A stretch of DNA of 64,000 bases from Promethearchaeati archaeon SRVP18_Atabeyarchaeia-1. Lineage in GTDB: Archaea > Asgardarchaeota > Atabeyarchaeia > Atabeyarchaeales > Atabeyarchaeaceae. The DNA is taken from positions 1,344,001 through 1,408,000 of the forward strand of contig CP147779.1 in assembly GCA_037308085.1 (NCBI GenBank). Reading direction: 5' to 3'. The translations under genes and the position numbers were made by a program. Positions 20,346-31,549 of this stretch are shown here, piece after piece (the first letter of the stretch is position 1; each line of letters opens with the position of its first letter). The notes under the pieces are model-generated. The model did not search any database, was not told the DNA's origin, and was given only the letters and a program-made list of their open reading frames with translations.

Positions 20346-21242
20346 ATGGACGAGTATTTGATCGGCGTCTTGGCCGCAATTCTCGGAGGATCTATCTCAA
20401 GTGTTGGGGTGATCCTACAGAAGCGAGTCGTCAACAAGGTTCACTCAGGAGACAAGGAGAAGAAGTTCTTCCGCTCGCTGGTTAAGAACCCCGTCTGGCT
20501 TCTAGGACTGATCCTCGGGACATTCGCCCCCGCCGTATTCGTCATCACTGCCCAGCTTTACATCGGACCAGCCCTCACGCCAGGGTTGATGAGCGCAGGT
20601 CTAATCGTACTGGCAATCGGCTCAGTGAGAATCAATAATGAGCATCTTGATCGATCTGACTATGCTGGAATCATTCTGATGATAGCAGCGATCTTCTTCT
20701 TAGGCGAGAGCCAGCTTGCCGTTCCAATGAAGGATTTCGACTTAAATGCGCAATGGGTCCTGACAAACTCGATCATATATGGGCTGATTCTGTTCGCCTT
20801 GTGTGGTCTATTTGTCGTCATTCAGAAGAGAAGCACGTCTTATCGGACTATTTGGCTTATCTTCGCAGCTGGCTGCATGTTCGCGCAGGAGAACTTTTGG
20901 ATCGCCCCATTATCGGGAACGGTATTCGGTGCTTTCACAGGCAACGCAACAAGCAATGAACTGATATTCTTTGTCGTGTCCTCCGTTTTCCTCGTCGTGG
21001 CGGCTCTGATTGCAGTTGCTACTCAACAGACAGCCTACAAGTATGGTCAGGCAAGCACCCTCAACACCCTTCAACAGTTTCCTACTCAGATATCTCCGCC
21101 AATTGTCTTTCTGTTCGTCCTTGCGCAAACCCCTAGATTCTACTATTCGCTGCCGCTATTCCTCCTTATTGGAACACCTCTAGTTATCGTTTCGTCTTAT
21201 CTACTTGCGAGGCGCAAGGTGGAAATCAGCAACATCAAATAA
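20346..21242 (+). CDS. DMT-superfamily membrane protein (NIPA-like)
   Basis: About nine TM helices; LQKR...NPVWLLGL pattern. Confidence 0.7.
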   Translation: MDEYLIGVLAAILGGSISSVGVILQKRVVNKVHSGDKEKKFFRSLVKNPVWLLGLILGTFAPAVFVITAQLYIGPALTPGLMSAGLIVLAIGSVRINNEHLDRSDYAGIILMIAAIFFLGESQLAVPMKDFDLNAQWVLTNSIIYGLILFALCGLFVVIQKRSTSYRTIWLIFAAGCMFAQENFWIAPLSGTVFGAFTGNATSNELIFFVVSSVFLVVAALIAVATQQTAYKYGQASTLNTLQQFPTQISPPIVFLFVLAQTPRFYYSLPLFLLIGTPLVIVSSYLLARRKVEISNIK

Positions 21243-21432
21243 ACGCTTTTCGATCTTGCTCTGAGCGACGATTCTTCGAGGACCCAACATGCCGGAGCAA
21301 GGTCGATGGCTAGCTTAGGTAAGAGTTAAGCGCAAGAAGTGAGCTGCCAGCCCCTTGAAGGGGGTGTTGGCTTCCTGGTTCAATTTGGTAAAAAGTGATC
21401 CTTGGAAGTGGAATAGTGGGGGCGCATATCCG

Positions 21433-22599
21433 ATGGGAAAGGAACTTCTCATGATTCCCGGTCCTACACCGGTCTCCGACAAGGTTCTCAGAGCGATGGC
21501 ATCGCAAATCATTAGTCACGCGAGTGACGAGTTCACTAAGGCCCTTGAAGAAACCGCCAAAATGACCGCGGAGGTCTTCCAGACGAAAGGTCAGCCTCTT
21601 GTTCTCGCTGGTTCTGGGACGCTCGGCATGGAGGCCGCAGTCGCCAACGTGGTTGAGAGAGGTGAGAGAATCCTCTGCGTCAACAACGGGTTCTTTGGAC
21701 CGCGTTTCGCAGAGATCGCGAAGGCCCATGGAGTAGGAGTCGATACGGTCGAATTCGAATGGGGTCGGCACGCTGACCCATCCATAATCAGGGAGAAGCT
21801 TGAGAAAGGGAACTACAAGGCCTTAACCATAGTTCACGTGGACACTGGCACCGGCGTTGCTAACCCGATCAGGGAAGTCGGTGAGTTCATGAGAGATCTC
21901 GACGCATTATACATAGTCGACACTGTCTGCTCAATGGGCGGAATGAATGTCCAAGTGGACAAGTGGAACATAGACGTGTGCCTCACCGGGTCACAGAAAG
22001 CGATCGCAGCACCACCTGGTCTGACACTGCTGAGTTTCAGCGAGAAGGCTCAGAAGTGTATTGATAGGAGAAAGTCTCCTGTTGAGACCTACTATATGGA
22101 CTTCACCAGATGGAAATCTGTTATGCAAGACCCAAAGAGTAGAAGCTACTTTGCTACGCCCTCGGTTCCACTTGTTATGGCACTCAGAGAGGCGCTCACG
22201 CTAGTGACAAAAGAAGGTCTTGAAAGAAGATGGCTACGCCACCAAGCGATCGCTGAGGCGGCGCGAGCAGGATTGGAAGCGATGGAGTTACATGTGTTTC
22301 CTGAAGAGAACTTCAGAGCTAACACGCTCTCGGTCTTCAACGTGCCTGAAGGAATAAGTGACGTTGACCTTCGCAACACCTTAGAAAAGACCTACCGTAT
22401 TGTGATCGCTGGAGGACTGGGTCAGCTGAAAGGCAAGACCTTGCGCATCGGACATATGGGCATAGTGACACCTAACAATATTCTCGCGACTCTGAACTCA
22501 ATCGGGTTGTCCCTGAACAAGCTCGGCAGAAAGTCCGACAGTAAGAAAGCGGTTATGGCGGCAAGAACAAGACTCAGAAGTGCTTGGGTGGAGGGCTAG
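21433..22599 (+). CDS. Class V aminotransferase (alanine-glyoxylate/serine-pyruvate type)
   Basis: LMIPGPT, GSGTLGMEA, GSQKAIAAPPG, RIGHMG; start moved to ATG 21433 from family alignment knowledge. Confidence 0.9.
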   Translation: MGKELLMIPGPTPVSDKVLRAMASQIISHASDEFTKALEETAKMTAEVFQTKGQPLVLAGSGTLGMEAAVANVVERGERILCVNNGFFGPRFAEIAKAHGVGVDTVEFEWGRHADPSIIREKLEKGNYKALTIVHVDTGTGVANPIREVGEFMRDLDALYIVDTVCSMGGMNVQVDKWNIDVCLTGSQKAIAAPPGLTLLSFSEKAQKCIDRRKSPVETYYMDFTRWKSVMQDPKSRSYFATPSVPLVMALREALTLVTKEGLERRWLRHQAIAEAARAGLEAMELHVFPEENFRANTLSVFNVPEGISDVDLRNTLEKTYRIVIAGGLGQLKGKTLRIGHMGIVTPNNILATLNSIGLSLNKLGRKSDSKKAVMAARTRLRSAWVEG

Positions 22600-22627
22600 A
22601 CACCTTTCGGGTGGCAACAACTCGTTA

Positions 22628-23608
22628 TTAGATGAGTCGGCTCATCGGGTAGAACACTGGGCTGGCATAGGCGCCGAGAACCTTGGAGTAGAATTTGACT
22701 GTATCTCCCTCCACCCACCTTATTGTGGCGGTCTCTTGACCAGTTTTTTTCATATCCCAGAGGCACCACTTTAGGAGCTCACTACCCAGACCTCTTCCGC
22801 GTAATGATTTTGTGACTCCAGTTGGGCCAAAGGATCCAGGGAAGGATATGCTGTGGGATGCCCAGCCGACAATGGTTCCTGACTTGTCTTTGGCTATGAA
22901 TGTTGTCGGGGGGTTATTTTGGAACGAGAGGGTTACTTCTCGAGACCAGAAGCCGAATCGAAAGTTCCTCTTCACGAACTGGACTAAAGCATTGATTTCC
23001 TTGGGTTTAGCGCGCTCGAACCTGCATCCACTTCTGCTTGATTCTGGTTCCTGTGTAATATTTTCGAGGCTGCATGTCAAGTTGGTCCGCATGCGCTTCT
23101 TTACGAACCCGTTTTTCTTGAGGAAGAAGAGCAACGACGTGTGCCGCAAGTCGACCCCCGGCATCCAGTAGTTAGGGCAGCTATCTCCGTATCGTATGGA
23201 GGAGTACCAATGTAGTTTATGTCTTCCTCGCCGCATAAGATCGAATAGCATCTTCGATCCAATGCCTTGGCGTCGATACGGCTCATCAACAACGCATGCC
23301 TTCAGGTAGCAGTTCTTCCTTACCCAACCTTTTACAATGACTGCGATGAAGGCAGCTATCGGTCTATTTGTTTCAGGGCTGTTCAGAATCAAAGTCATAT
23401 CAGGATCAAATGGCTCATCTTGGAGTGTTCCTTGCTTAAAGTAGTCCAAGGGTATCTGGTAGAACTTCTCATTCCGCCTGAAGAGATCATAGACCTGTTG
23501 CAGGTTGTCTTCGGACAGCGGTTGATAAGTGATTTCCTTCAAGTTAAAGGATCCTGGGGTCTCCTTATTGCCAGACGAAAAATCCTGCGGGGCCAGTTTC
23601 CTGCTCAT
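22628..23608 (-). CDS. Tandem GNAT acetyltransferase
   Basis: Two acetyl-CoA motifs RRQGIG and RGRGLG; FGPTGV. Confidence 0.85.
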   Translation of the reverse strand: MSRKLAPQDFSSGNKETPGSFNLKEITYQPLSEDNLQQVYDLFRRNEKFYQIPLDYFKQGTLQDEPFDPDMTLILNSPETNRPIAAFIAVIVKGWVRKNCYLKACVVDEPYRRQGIGSKMLFDLMRRGRHKLHWYSSIRYGDSCPNYWMPGVDLRHTSLLFFLKKNGFVKKRMRTNLTCSLENITQEPESSRSGCRFERAKPKEINALVQFVKRNFRFGFWSREVTLSFQNNPPTTFIAKDKSGTIVGWASHSISFPGSFGPTGVTKSLRGRGLGSELLKWCLWDMKKTGQETATIRWVEGDTVKFYSKVLGAYASPVFYPMSRLI

Positions 23609-24010
23609 TGGGACACTTCCTGTTAGGTCAGTCTAGGATCATGCGGTCAATCTTAGATTTCCTATCTCAATCCGATTACTCGTTTAAGGATGAAGGGCGC
23701 AATTCCTCCGGCGATACTGCAGCCCATCACCATTTTTGCGAACAGCTCATGATAAACTGCTTCAACAGAGATCACTTGACTCATCGATATTAGAGACAGC
23801 AGCCTTTTTGGTTCGAGGGAAACAAGTAGACTCGTTTGTGCGCGCTATTTGGTTCTGTGAGGGGAGCATGTGAGCCTGGACGCATTTAGTCACTTCCTCT
23901 GTGACCTAAGCGGAGGGTAGACGCTGAGAGTGCAACTTGATTAATTCCGGAATTACACATCACCCTCACGAAGAAGACTGGGGCATCTTTGCTCCTTATG
24001 GCGAGTCTCG

Positions 24011-25081
24011 TCAGCTTCCTTGGGCAGATATCTGATGCCCCCGGGATACATCCGTTGTGAACGTGTAGCGAGTTGATTGACTGTATGTCTCCCCAGGTCG
24101 AAGTACGATAGGAGGAAAGTCAGGATGATGAATGGCATCAGAAAACTGTTGAGTTTCAAGACAAAAAGCTTGATGCTTTATGCACGGCTTGTCCCAGGCG
24201 CTTCTTCCCTCCAAGTGATTCCCAGTGTAGAACACAATTGCTGGCTGGTCTGTCTCAACTGTCACCTTGCGCCCCGTGCTGGGGTCATATACCTGAGCGG
24301 CCAATCCGAACTTCATTCCTTTATCCAACACGTAGTTATGATCGATTCCGCCTAAGGCCTCTAGTGGATTCCTAAGCGACTTTCGCTCTCGAAAGTCGAG
24401 GGGTGTCTCTTCAACTCTGCGGAGCTTGCCGGTCGGAATCATCTCATCGTCGGTTTCGAGGTAGGTGGATGCCGCGATTGTCGCTTGGTGGCCATAGATT
24501 TTTGTGCCGACTCCAGCTAGGTTCCAATAGGTGTGGTTCGTAAGATTGACGATAGTTGGTTTGTCGGTTCTTGCCGAGTAATTGATCTCGATTTGATTTT
24601 CTGAGACCACGTACTTGACTTGGGTGCTAAGCGTTCCGGGATAACCTTCCTCGCCGTTCGGGCTAGTATATGAAAACTCGATTTTCGCCTTTTCGCCCTC
24701 CTCACCGAGGTTCCTGATTTCCCAGACCTTTGCGTCAAACCCCTCAAAGCCCCCGTGCAAGTGGTGCCTCTCAAGGTTATTCTTGGCTAGACTATAGGTC
24801 ACGCCATCGAGATCGAATTCCGCATTGGCGATTCGATTCGCGACTCTCCCAATAGTGCATCCGAAATAGGCTCTCTCCCTCAAGTATTTGTCTGAGGTAT
24901 CGTGACCAAGGGTGACCTCTCCGATGGATCCCTTCCTATCTGGGACTTTCGCTGAGACTATACGCGCGCCATAATTTGTTAGGGAGACCTCACCTTTGCC
25001 GAGCCCTGTGCTTATGGAAACCAGTTTGACCTCCTTGTGGCCGATTTTCCCCCAATACTTCGTGTTAATTTTTGGTTGCAT
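24011..25081 (-). CDS. galM: Aldose 1-epimerase (galactose mutarotase)
   Basis: GRVANRI, HLHGG, TNHTYWNL, FCLETQ; start placed at MQPKIN. Confidence 0.92.
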   Translation of the reverse strand: MQPKINTKYWGKIGHKEVKLVSISTGLGKGEVSLTNYGARIVSAKVPDRKGSIGEVTLGHDTSDKYLRERAYFGCTIGRVANRIANAEFDLDGVTYSLAKNNLERHHLHGGFEGFDAKVWEIRNLGEEGEKAKIEFSYTSPNGEEGYPGTLSTQVKYVVSENQIEINYSARTDKPTIVNLTNHTYWNLAGVGTKIYGHQATIAASTYLETDDEMIPTGKLRRVEETPLDFRERKSLRNPLEALGGIDHNYVLDKGMKFGLAAQVYDPSTGRKVTVETDQPAIVFYTGNHLEGRSAWDKPCIKHQAFCLETQQFSDAIHHPDFPPIVLRPGETYSQSTRYTFTTDVSRGHQISAQGS

Positions 25082-25186
25082 GATTGCCTCTTCCCTAGAG
25101 ATGCAAGCTGGTTGCATTATTCCTAAGCATTGAACCTCCAACAAGAAGGCAGGGAAGCCGAGTAGGTTGAAACTCTCTCCTTGACT

Positions 25187-25471
25187 TCATCTTAGTATGT
25201 CATGGATCCTGTTCAGAAGTTCTTTGATGTTCTCCGGTATGCTGTAACGGACCGTTAGCTGACCACCATTATTCAATGAGGGAACTTTCTGAACCATCTT
25301 AGCAGCTAGCAGGACCCTCAAGTGTTTTTCAATAGTTGATCTGTGTCGCTTCAGCTCCTTGGATATTTCACCGGGATTAGCCACTCCTTTCTGGATGCAC
25401 TCAAGGATCTGCAGTCTCGACTTGGAAGCTAGTGCTCGCAACATCCTCTCGGTTTTTCCGTAGTCACTCAT
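25187..25471 (-). CDS. ArsR-family winged-helix regulator
   Basis: ALASKSRLQIL...STIEKHLRVL. Confidence 0.85.
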   Translation of the reverse strand: MSDYGKTERMLRALASKSRLQILECIQKGVANPGEISKELKRHRSTIEKHLRVLLAAKMVQKVPSLNNGGQLTVRYSIPENIKELLNRIHDILR

Positions 25472-25683
25472 CGCTGATCACCCACGCTCGAGACTGGGCT
25501 TCTGCTAACTGGCATATTAATTCGCCAAACGGAAGATAAACATGCTGACTGGGACAAATGATTATCGGAACTGCTGGAAAGAGTTATCTCTGCTGACCCT
25601 TATCGCGGTGTTAATGCCTCATTTGAGGCGTTTCAAACCTATTTTCATCTGTGCCATTGGACTAGTGTTTCAAAGAGGAGAAG

Positions 25684-26508
25684 GTGAGTGCCATGGTATC
25701 GAAGGTTGCCATAGTCAAGATGAGTGGAGACACCGAAGCATCTTTCAGAGAGGCGCTCAGGCTCATCGGCGGCATAAGTGATCTCGACACAAAGGACAGG
25801 CAGGTAGTCATCAAGGTAGGTGTCTATGACCACAAAAAGAAGAACCACCCCTCGGTCGATGTCGTGGGCGCAATCATCCACAGCTTTGGCTCAGCCCCAC
25901 ATATATTCGTCGCGGAGTCAGACAACTATAGGGGAACAGGCTCAGAGCGACTTGGAATCTGGAAGCAGCTCTTCACTGACAGGGTTGTCCCATTCAACCT
26001 TTCAGAAGATAGTGACACCAAGCCGCTGGAAACCTCAAATGAGGAAATCGGCTTATCCCACGTACTCTTCAAACCCAATGTGCTGGTCAGCGCACATGTG
26101 CTACGTAAGTACGAGAGAGGTGCTGTCTTGAAGAACCTCTTCGGTCTTGTTCCAGATAGAAAGAAAGCAAGGTTCCACAAGGTTTTGGATAGTCTTCTCA
26201 TGGACATCTATGAGGCGATAGGTGGAGTGGATCTCGCAGTCATAGATGGGACGCAAGCATATGCAAGCGCAACTGATCCCAAAGGGAAAAGAACGAACAT
26301 ACTATTGGTCGGGAGAGATGCGGTAGCCGTAGAAGCAGTCGGGGCCTCCATCGTGGGGATGAGTCCAACCACGATCCCCGTCATACGTGAAGCAATAAGA
26401 AGGAACCTCGGCGAGGGCGACCTCAGCAGAATCGATGTCCTCGGAGAATCCATCGAAAACGTGAAGAAGAAACCCCGTGGGTCGTCGGGAGGAAAACCTG
26501 AGACGTAA
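25684..26508 (+). CDS. DUF362 domain protein
   Basis: VVIK, VAESD, LKNLFG, IDG, DAVAVE motifs. Confidence 0.8.
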   Translation: MSAMVSKVAIVKMSGDTEASFREALRLIGGISDLDTKDRQVVIKVGVYDHKKKNHPSVDVVGAIIHSFGSAPHIFVAESDNYRGTGSERLGIWKQLFTDRVVPFNLSEDSDTKPLETSNEEIGLSHVLFKPNVLVSAHVLRKYERGAVLKNLFGLVPDRKKARFHKVLDSLLMDIYEAIGGVDLAVIDGTQAYASATDPKGKRTNILLVGRDAVAVEAVGASIVGMSPTTIPVIREAIRRNLGEGDLSRIDVLGESIENVKKKPRGSSGGKPET

Positions 26509-27304
26509 CTTCAACTCTCTTCTTTCGTCTCCATTTGAGGTCAGCGGAGTTCTACATCGTCTCTATGAGTCAGAGTGGAAGGCTTCTACTTTAGGCCGAC
26601 TTCTGCATTAAGCCATCCATAGCACCGGCGGACCTGAGTGTTTGGGACTGTTTCTGAATTCGGTGATTGTCTTTAAATCGGATTTTCTTGCGCCTATCGA
26701 TTTAGATCCACAATTTGGCCAAGTTGAGCCTAGACGAAACTCAGATAAGTCTGAAAGTCTTCAATCGACTCAAATGAAAGGGATGGTGACTACTTCAGAT
26801 GCCAATGGTTCATGGTCCGAAAAGGTCTCGCAGGCAAATAAAAACCGAGGATGACGTTACGGGGAATCGGGCGCATCCTCACACGCGAGAAGAAGCCGAA
26901 GACGAAGTAGTAGACAAGTACGTCTATGAGGAAGGCTCCGAAGGTCCGGAATGACCCCAAGGTAAGTTGGAAACCTTTCTCCCAGTGAAGAGCACTAAGA
27001 GCGATAGAAGCTCCCTTAAATGTGGACATGTCCGCTCCTTGCGCAGGAACCATCGTTTCACGGCTTTCTGAGTTCCCTTAGAAGCGGTCACTCCTCATTC
27101 TGATGGAGTTCTGTTTCCGGATGAAGGGCTACTCTATCGCTCCTACCCGAGCCCTTGCGCACCCGACCCACGAGGTCAATCCTACTCTATCTGGGTCCGT
27201 ACCCACTCTTAAATAACAGTCCACGTATATTCACACCATCAGAGTGATTCGCTGGGAGGATGGATGCGCGAGGAAATAGGCTGAAGAAAAGAGGGTGCTG
27301 ATTT

Positions 27305-28687
27305 TTGGCGAAGACTCAAGTTGTAATAAGAGATATCTCAACTGACCCCGCTGACCGTCCGGCCTTCATGATGGATCTTGACCGAGCGGTCGAAGACATT
27401 TTTGTCGCATTCGGCGGAGGGTCTCAACTACTGAAGTCTAGTCGGGAAGTGTATCTTAAGCCCAATGCGATTGACGCGAAACCTTTCTGCTATACGCGCC
27501 CTGAGGTTCTGGAAGCAGTCATCCGCTACTTCTTCAAGGTAGGAGCCAGCGATGTCTACGTCATGGAGAATTCAACTCAAGGGAACTACACTCGCCTAGT
27601 CTTTGAGGCAATTGGATATACCGATATCTGCAAGCAGACTGGTGCCATGCCCATCTTTCTAGATGAAGAACCCACGGAGCGCTTTGAGTTCAAAGGTAAG
27701 CCACCTGCAAGGGGAAAGGACTCCACAGGTTATGATCTCACAAAATTCGAGATGCCTCATACCGTGGTTAAGGAGCTGATCAACCGAAAGAAGGAGAATC
27801 TCTATGTGAGCTTACCCAAGTTGAAAACTCATTCGATGGCTGGCGTCACGCTGGGAATAAAAAATCAATGGGCCTTCCCACGTCACCAAGATCGAAAATT
27901 CGACCATAACTATAATCTGCACTCCAAACTGGTCGATGTACTGGAGTACGTCCAGCCCGACTTCACCTTGATCGACGGGATCGAAGGGACGATTCATGGT
28001 CACTACCCGCCCACAGCAATTGCAGACAAACTCGTCAAGAAATTCAGAGTGCTGGTCGGTGGCAGGGACGTTGTTGCGACCGATATAGTTGGCGCGCGGA
28101 TCTTTGGGTTAACCCCAGAAGATGTTCCTCACTTGAAGATCGCCATTGAGCGCGGAATCGGCCTGGGAGTCAAGGGATTGCAGGACATAGAAATCATTGG
28201 TGACCTATCGAGGTTCAAAGAGAAGTACCCCACCGACCTCTATCCCGAGTTCCCTCCTGATGTCGAGATAGTCCAAGGATCGAAGCAAGCCTGCCGAGAG
28301 GGCTGCAAGAATAACCCTCTTACTTTACTTCAAGTTCTATACCTGGACTTCGGTGGGAAAGGTGGCTTCCAACTTGTCATCGGAAAAGGGCACCAACCGA
28401 CGGTCATCGATCGACTTAAGGGACCGGTTCTCGTCGCAGGTCATTGCGCAATCGAGGAGGTTGGCGAAAGGCTGCAACAGAGGCTCGGCAAGAACAGTGT
28501 ATACTTCAGCGATGGATGCAACAATTTGGCGCAAACTGCAGGTGCGCTGCTTCCTCTAATGAAAGTAAGTCCGCAGCAACTGGTCCCTCTAAGTATGGAC
28601 AAAGCAACCCCGATAATACTTGAAGCAATAAAACGAGGAACTCATGCCATTGCGCCGAACATATCCACTTCGATCACGAAGAAGTAA
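27305..28687 (+). CDS. DUF362 domain Fe-S protein
   Basis: LKPN, PKLKTH, TLGIKNQW, DVVATD; C-terminal ACREGC, GHCA, GC. Confidence 0.85.
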   Translation: MAKTQVVIRDISTDPADRPAFMMDLDRAVEDIFVAFGGGSQLLKSSREVYLKPNAIDAKPFCYTRPEVLEAVIRYFFKVGASDVYVMENSTQGNYTRLVFEAIGYTDICKQTGAMPIFLDEEPTERFEFKGKPPARGKDSTGYDLTKFEMPHTVVKELINRKKENLYVSLPKLKTHSMAGVTLGIKNQWAFPRHQDRKFDHNYNLHSKLVDVLEYVQPDFTLIDGIEGTIHGHYPPTAIADKLVKKFRVLVGGRDVVATDIVGARIFGLTPEDVPHLKIAIERGIGLGVKGLQDIEIIGDLSRFKEKYPTDLYPEFPPDVEIVQGSKQACREGCKNNPLTLLQVLYLDFGGKGGFQLVIGKGHQPTVIDRLKGPVLVAGHCAIEEVGERLQQRLGKNSVYFSDGCNNLAQTAGALLPLMKVSPQQLVPLSMDKATPIILEAIKRGTHAIAPNISTSITKK

Positions 28688-28786
28688 GAAAGCCTCTATT
28701 ACTTGCTTTAAATGAATTAGAGATATCAATATAAGCCACTTGAATGGTAGAATAAGACCGTTTGTAGTAAGGAGGAACTGCGGAGA

Positions 28787-29413
28787 ATGCCATCAATATT
28801 GAAACGGATCTTTTCAAGGAAGCTGACTGCAATCTATGGATTGGTGGGACCACTGCTCACCTATGCCTTCATTTTGATAGCCATATCGCTGGCACCTTGG
28901 TTTAGCTGGACAGCCAATGCTCTCAGTGATCTTGGAAACATAGTCACGCACACAGCATCGGCTCCAGTTTTCAACTATGGGCTGATAATCGGCGGAGTGG
29001 TGATAACTCTCTTCGCAATCGGGATGGTGCTAGAGGTCAAGGGCAACATCATGGGCCTGTTGGGGGCACTGACATTGGTCACCTCCGGTCTTGGGATCTT
29101 CTTCGTGGGTGTCTTCCCAGAGAACTTCATACTTCAACACGTCATTTCCGCCTTTACGTACTTCATATCGATCATAGTCGGTTCGTTCCTCTTTGGCGTA
29201 GCCTATTCGACTCGCAAGTCCACTAGGTTTCTCGGCGTCCTTGTCTTCGCACTGGGAGTAGTAGCAGCATTCGGGCTGTTTCTACTTCCGATTCTCATCC
29301 AATTGCCTGGCGCCGCGATTCCGGAGATGATTGGGTCTGTCGCTCAATACATATGGGTCATAATAATCTGTGCGAGATTGCTGTCAGGAAAAAGTGCCAT
29401 ACCGAAGAAGTAG
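28787..29413 (+). CDS. DUF998-family membrane protein
   Basis: PWFSWTANALSDLG, VFN, VGVFPE, H, AIPE. Confidence 0.8.
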   Translation: MPSILKRIFSRKLTAIYGLVGPLLTYAFILIAISLAPWFSWTANALSDLGNIVTHTASAPVFNYGLIIGGVVITLFAIGMVLEVKGNIMGLLGALTLVTSGLGIFFVGVFPENFILQHVISAFTYFISIIVGSFLFGVAYSTRKSTRFLGVLVFALGVVAAFGLFLLPILIQLPGAAIPEMIGSVAQYIWVIIICARLLSGKSAIPKK

Positions 29414-29503
29414 GCAGGTATTCCGCATCGAACAAGGGAAACACGCCAAGATTAGGAACTCTTGCTGGGAACTACTTGGCTTGGACTCCAAAGTTGCAGT
29501 GGC

Positions 29504-30982
29504 TCAGTCCTCTCTTCTTAATTCGAGCTGGACTTGGGAAGGTTTCTTTCCAGCGATCCTTCTGTAAAGATGTTTCACATGGGCCAGCAGGTGGGCAAGG
29601 AACCTTTTCTCCTGCCTACGCGCTCTTTCCATGAAAGCTCGAGGAGAGAGCAATTCCGCCTTGAGCTCCCTCAATTCCTTTTTGGGCGCATATTTAGCGA
29701 AAATTGGAATTCCCACCACAATTAGGGCGAGTCCCAACAAGATTTGACTGACGCTGCACTGAGATATGATGTAAAGGGAAAAGATCACTCCCAGTACTGG
29801 AATCACCCTGCCTCCCCTGATACGAAAACTGGGTCGCCGATGCTTCCTTCGCAGAGAGAAGACCGAGGCACTAGTGGCAAGGTAGGCGACTCCCAAAAGG
29901 AAGACGGAGGTGGCAACAAGCAGGCTCAGACTGCCGAGTAGCGAGGCTATGAGCGCGGTGGTCGACTGAAACAGTATTATTAGGTAGGGTGTTTTGAATC
30001 TTCGATGAATCTTTGTGAAGGCACGCGGAAACAGACCGTCGACCGCCAAAGCGTACCCGAGGCTAGTAGTTCCTATCATTCCAGACTCATCTGAACCGGC
30101 GACAGAAATCAACGCCCCGATCCCCACGAATGTGCCGCCGATGAGCAGCCATGTGGGGTTGAAACTCAATACGAAAGCAGTCGCGGAGGCTAAGGGTGCG
30201 GTGTCCGAAGCCAACTGTATGGAAGGTCTGACTCCAAAAAGCACTGTGTTTGTAACCATGTAGAAGATGGTTACTATAGAGATTCCAAGCACGATGGCTC
30301 TTGGAATCGTTCTTCCAGGATTCTCTATCTCATCTGCCGGCAAGGTCGAAATCTCGAAGCCCGCGTACGCCCAGAAAATCAGGACCAGCGCCAAGCCGAA
30401 ATTCGAGTAACCGAAGGGTGAAAAAGGCGCAAAATTGGACATCGTCGCGACAGGATGCAGGACCATGAATATCAGTCCAATCACAGAGAAAAGAATCAGA
30501 GGTGAAAGCTTCACTAAAGTTAGTACGTCATTTGTTCTACCCGCCGATTTGGATCCAATTATGTTGCTTGTCGCCAGCACGGTCACAAATAACGCTTTGA
30601 TGATGATCTGATAGGTCAGAGAGAGATCTGGGAAAAAGAACATCAAGTACCGGACAAAAGCCACGGGAAAAACTGCAAGCGAAACCCATTCTGCGAGCCA
30701 TAGAGACCAGCCAACAATGAAGCCTGGAAAAGGCCCCCACGCTTCCTTGGCATAAGCGTATGATCCACCGACCTTTGGGACTAGAGCCGCACATTGTGCA
30801 AAAGCCAAGGCTATGACGATAGCCACGACTCCAGCCACCACCCAGACAAGGAGAGACGCGGGACCAAGATAGCCAGCCCCGAATGATGAAGCCACATAGA
30901 TGTCCGCTCCAACTATGGCTCCAACGACCAAATTCGTTACATCAAAGAGCGTGAGCTTTGATTGATTCTTAATCTTGGTCAT
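29504..30982 (-). CDS. APC-family amino acid permease
   Basis: GAIVGADI, GGSYAY, WAYAGFE, NPGRTIPRAI, TP. Confidence 0.9.
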   Translation of the reverse strand: MTKIKNQSKLTLFDVTNLVVGAIVGADIYVASSFGAGYLGPASLLVWVVAGVVAIVIALAFAQCAALVPKVGGSYAYAKEAWGPFPGFIVGWSLWLAEWVSLAVFPVAFVRYLMFFFPDLSLTYQIIIKALFVTVLATSNIIGSKSAGRTNDVLTLVKLSPLILFSVIGLIFMVLHPVATMSNFAPFSPFGYSNFGLALVLIFWAYAGFEISTLPADEIENPGRTIPRAIVLGISIVTIFYMVTNTVLFGVRPSIQLASDTAPLASATAFVLSFNPTWLLIGGTFVGIGALISVAGSDESGMIGTTSLGYALAVDGLFPRAFTKIHRRFKTPYLIILFQSTTALIASLLGSLSLLVATSVFLLGVAYLATSASVFSLRRKHRRPSFRIRGGRVIPVLGVIFSLYIISQCSVSQILLGLALIVVGIPIFAKYAPKKELRELKAELLSPRAFMERARRQEKRFLAHLLAHVKHLYRRIAGKKPSQVQLELRRED

Positions 30983-31549
30983 TTCCTTCTCCCAAGACGG
31001 CGGATACTCCTTATCATTTGATGCGCATCTTTCTAAAATACTTTAACTTCTTAACCATACGCATGTTTCGGACCGAGTTGGAAGCAGGAACAGGGTCAGG
31101 AACTGGACGATGCAGGTACAAGATCAGGAAAATGGAATCATACCGACCAGTTTGATACAACTGGTTTTTCCATCAAGTCCTCAGGTCTTGTGATTCTTGA
31201 ATATCTGACATGCCGTGATCTGCGCTAAGTAATCTCGAGAAATCCATAGAACTTGAGAAGAAGAGTCCCAACCGACTGAGTGGCATGGCTCGAATGTATA
31301 CAGAACTCGAAAATCTACAAGAGGCCCCCGAGAAGGATGGGCAAGCTTTTCAGAATGGCGCCTAAGGACAACTAAAGCTGACAGACCAAATAGCAGGAAA
31401 AAACCAAACCAAGAAAGCAACATGGCCTTGCATCTGCGAAATAGTCGAGCCGCGGAAAATCAAACAAGAAATAAAATCAGATGGAGAAAGTCGATTTCAC
31501 AGCGCAGAAAAGGGCAACAGCCTGGACCTTCCAAAAAGACCTAGACTAC

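Noticed and set aside
23660-23790. Short minus-strand ORF MSQVISVEAVYHELF...
   Set aside because: About 40 aa with no clear SD or family; possibly an antitoxin-like remnant but unsupported.
26790-27053. 87-aa ORF as a real gene
   Set aside because: No recognisable family or SD; may be a remnant, so not listed as a CDS.
31181-31423. 80-aa ORF (and 31778-32062)
   Set aside because: No motifs; the latter is partly antisense to the C2H2 gene.
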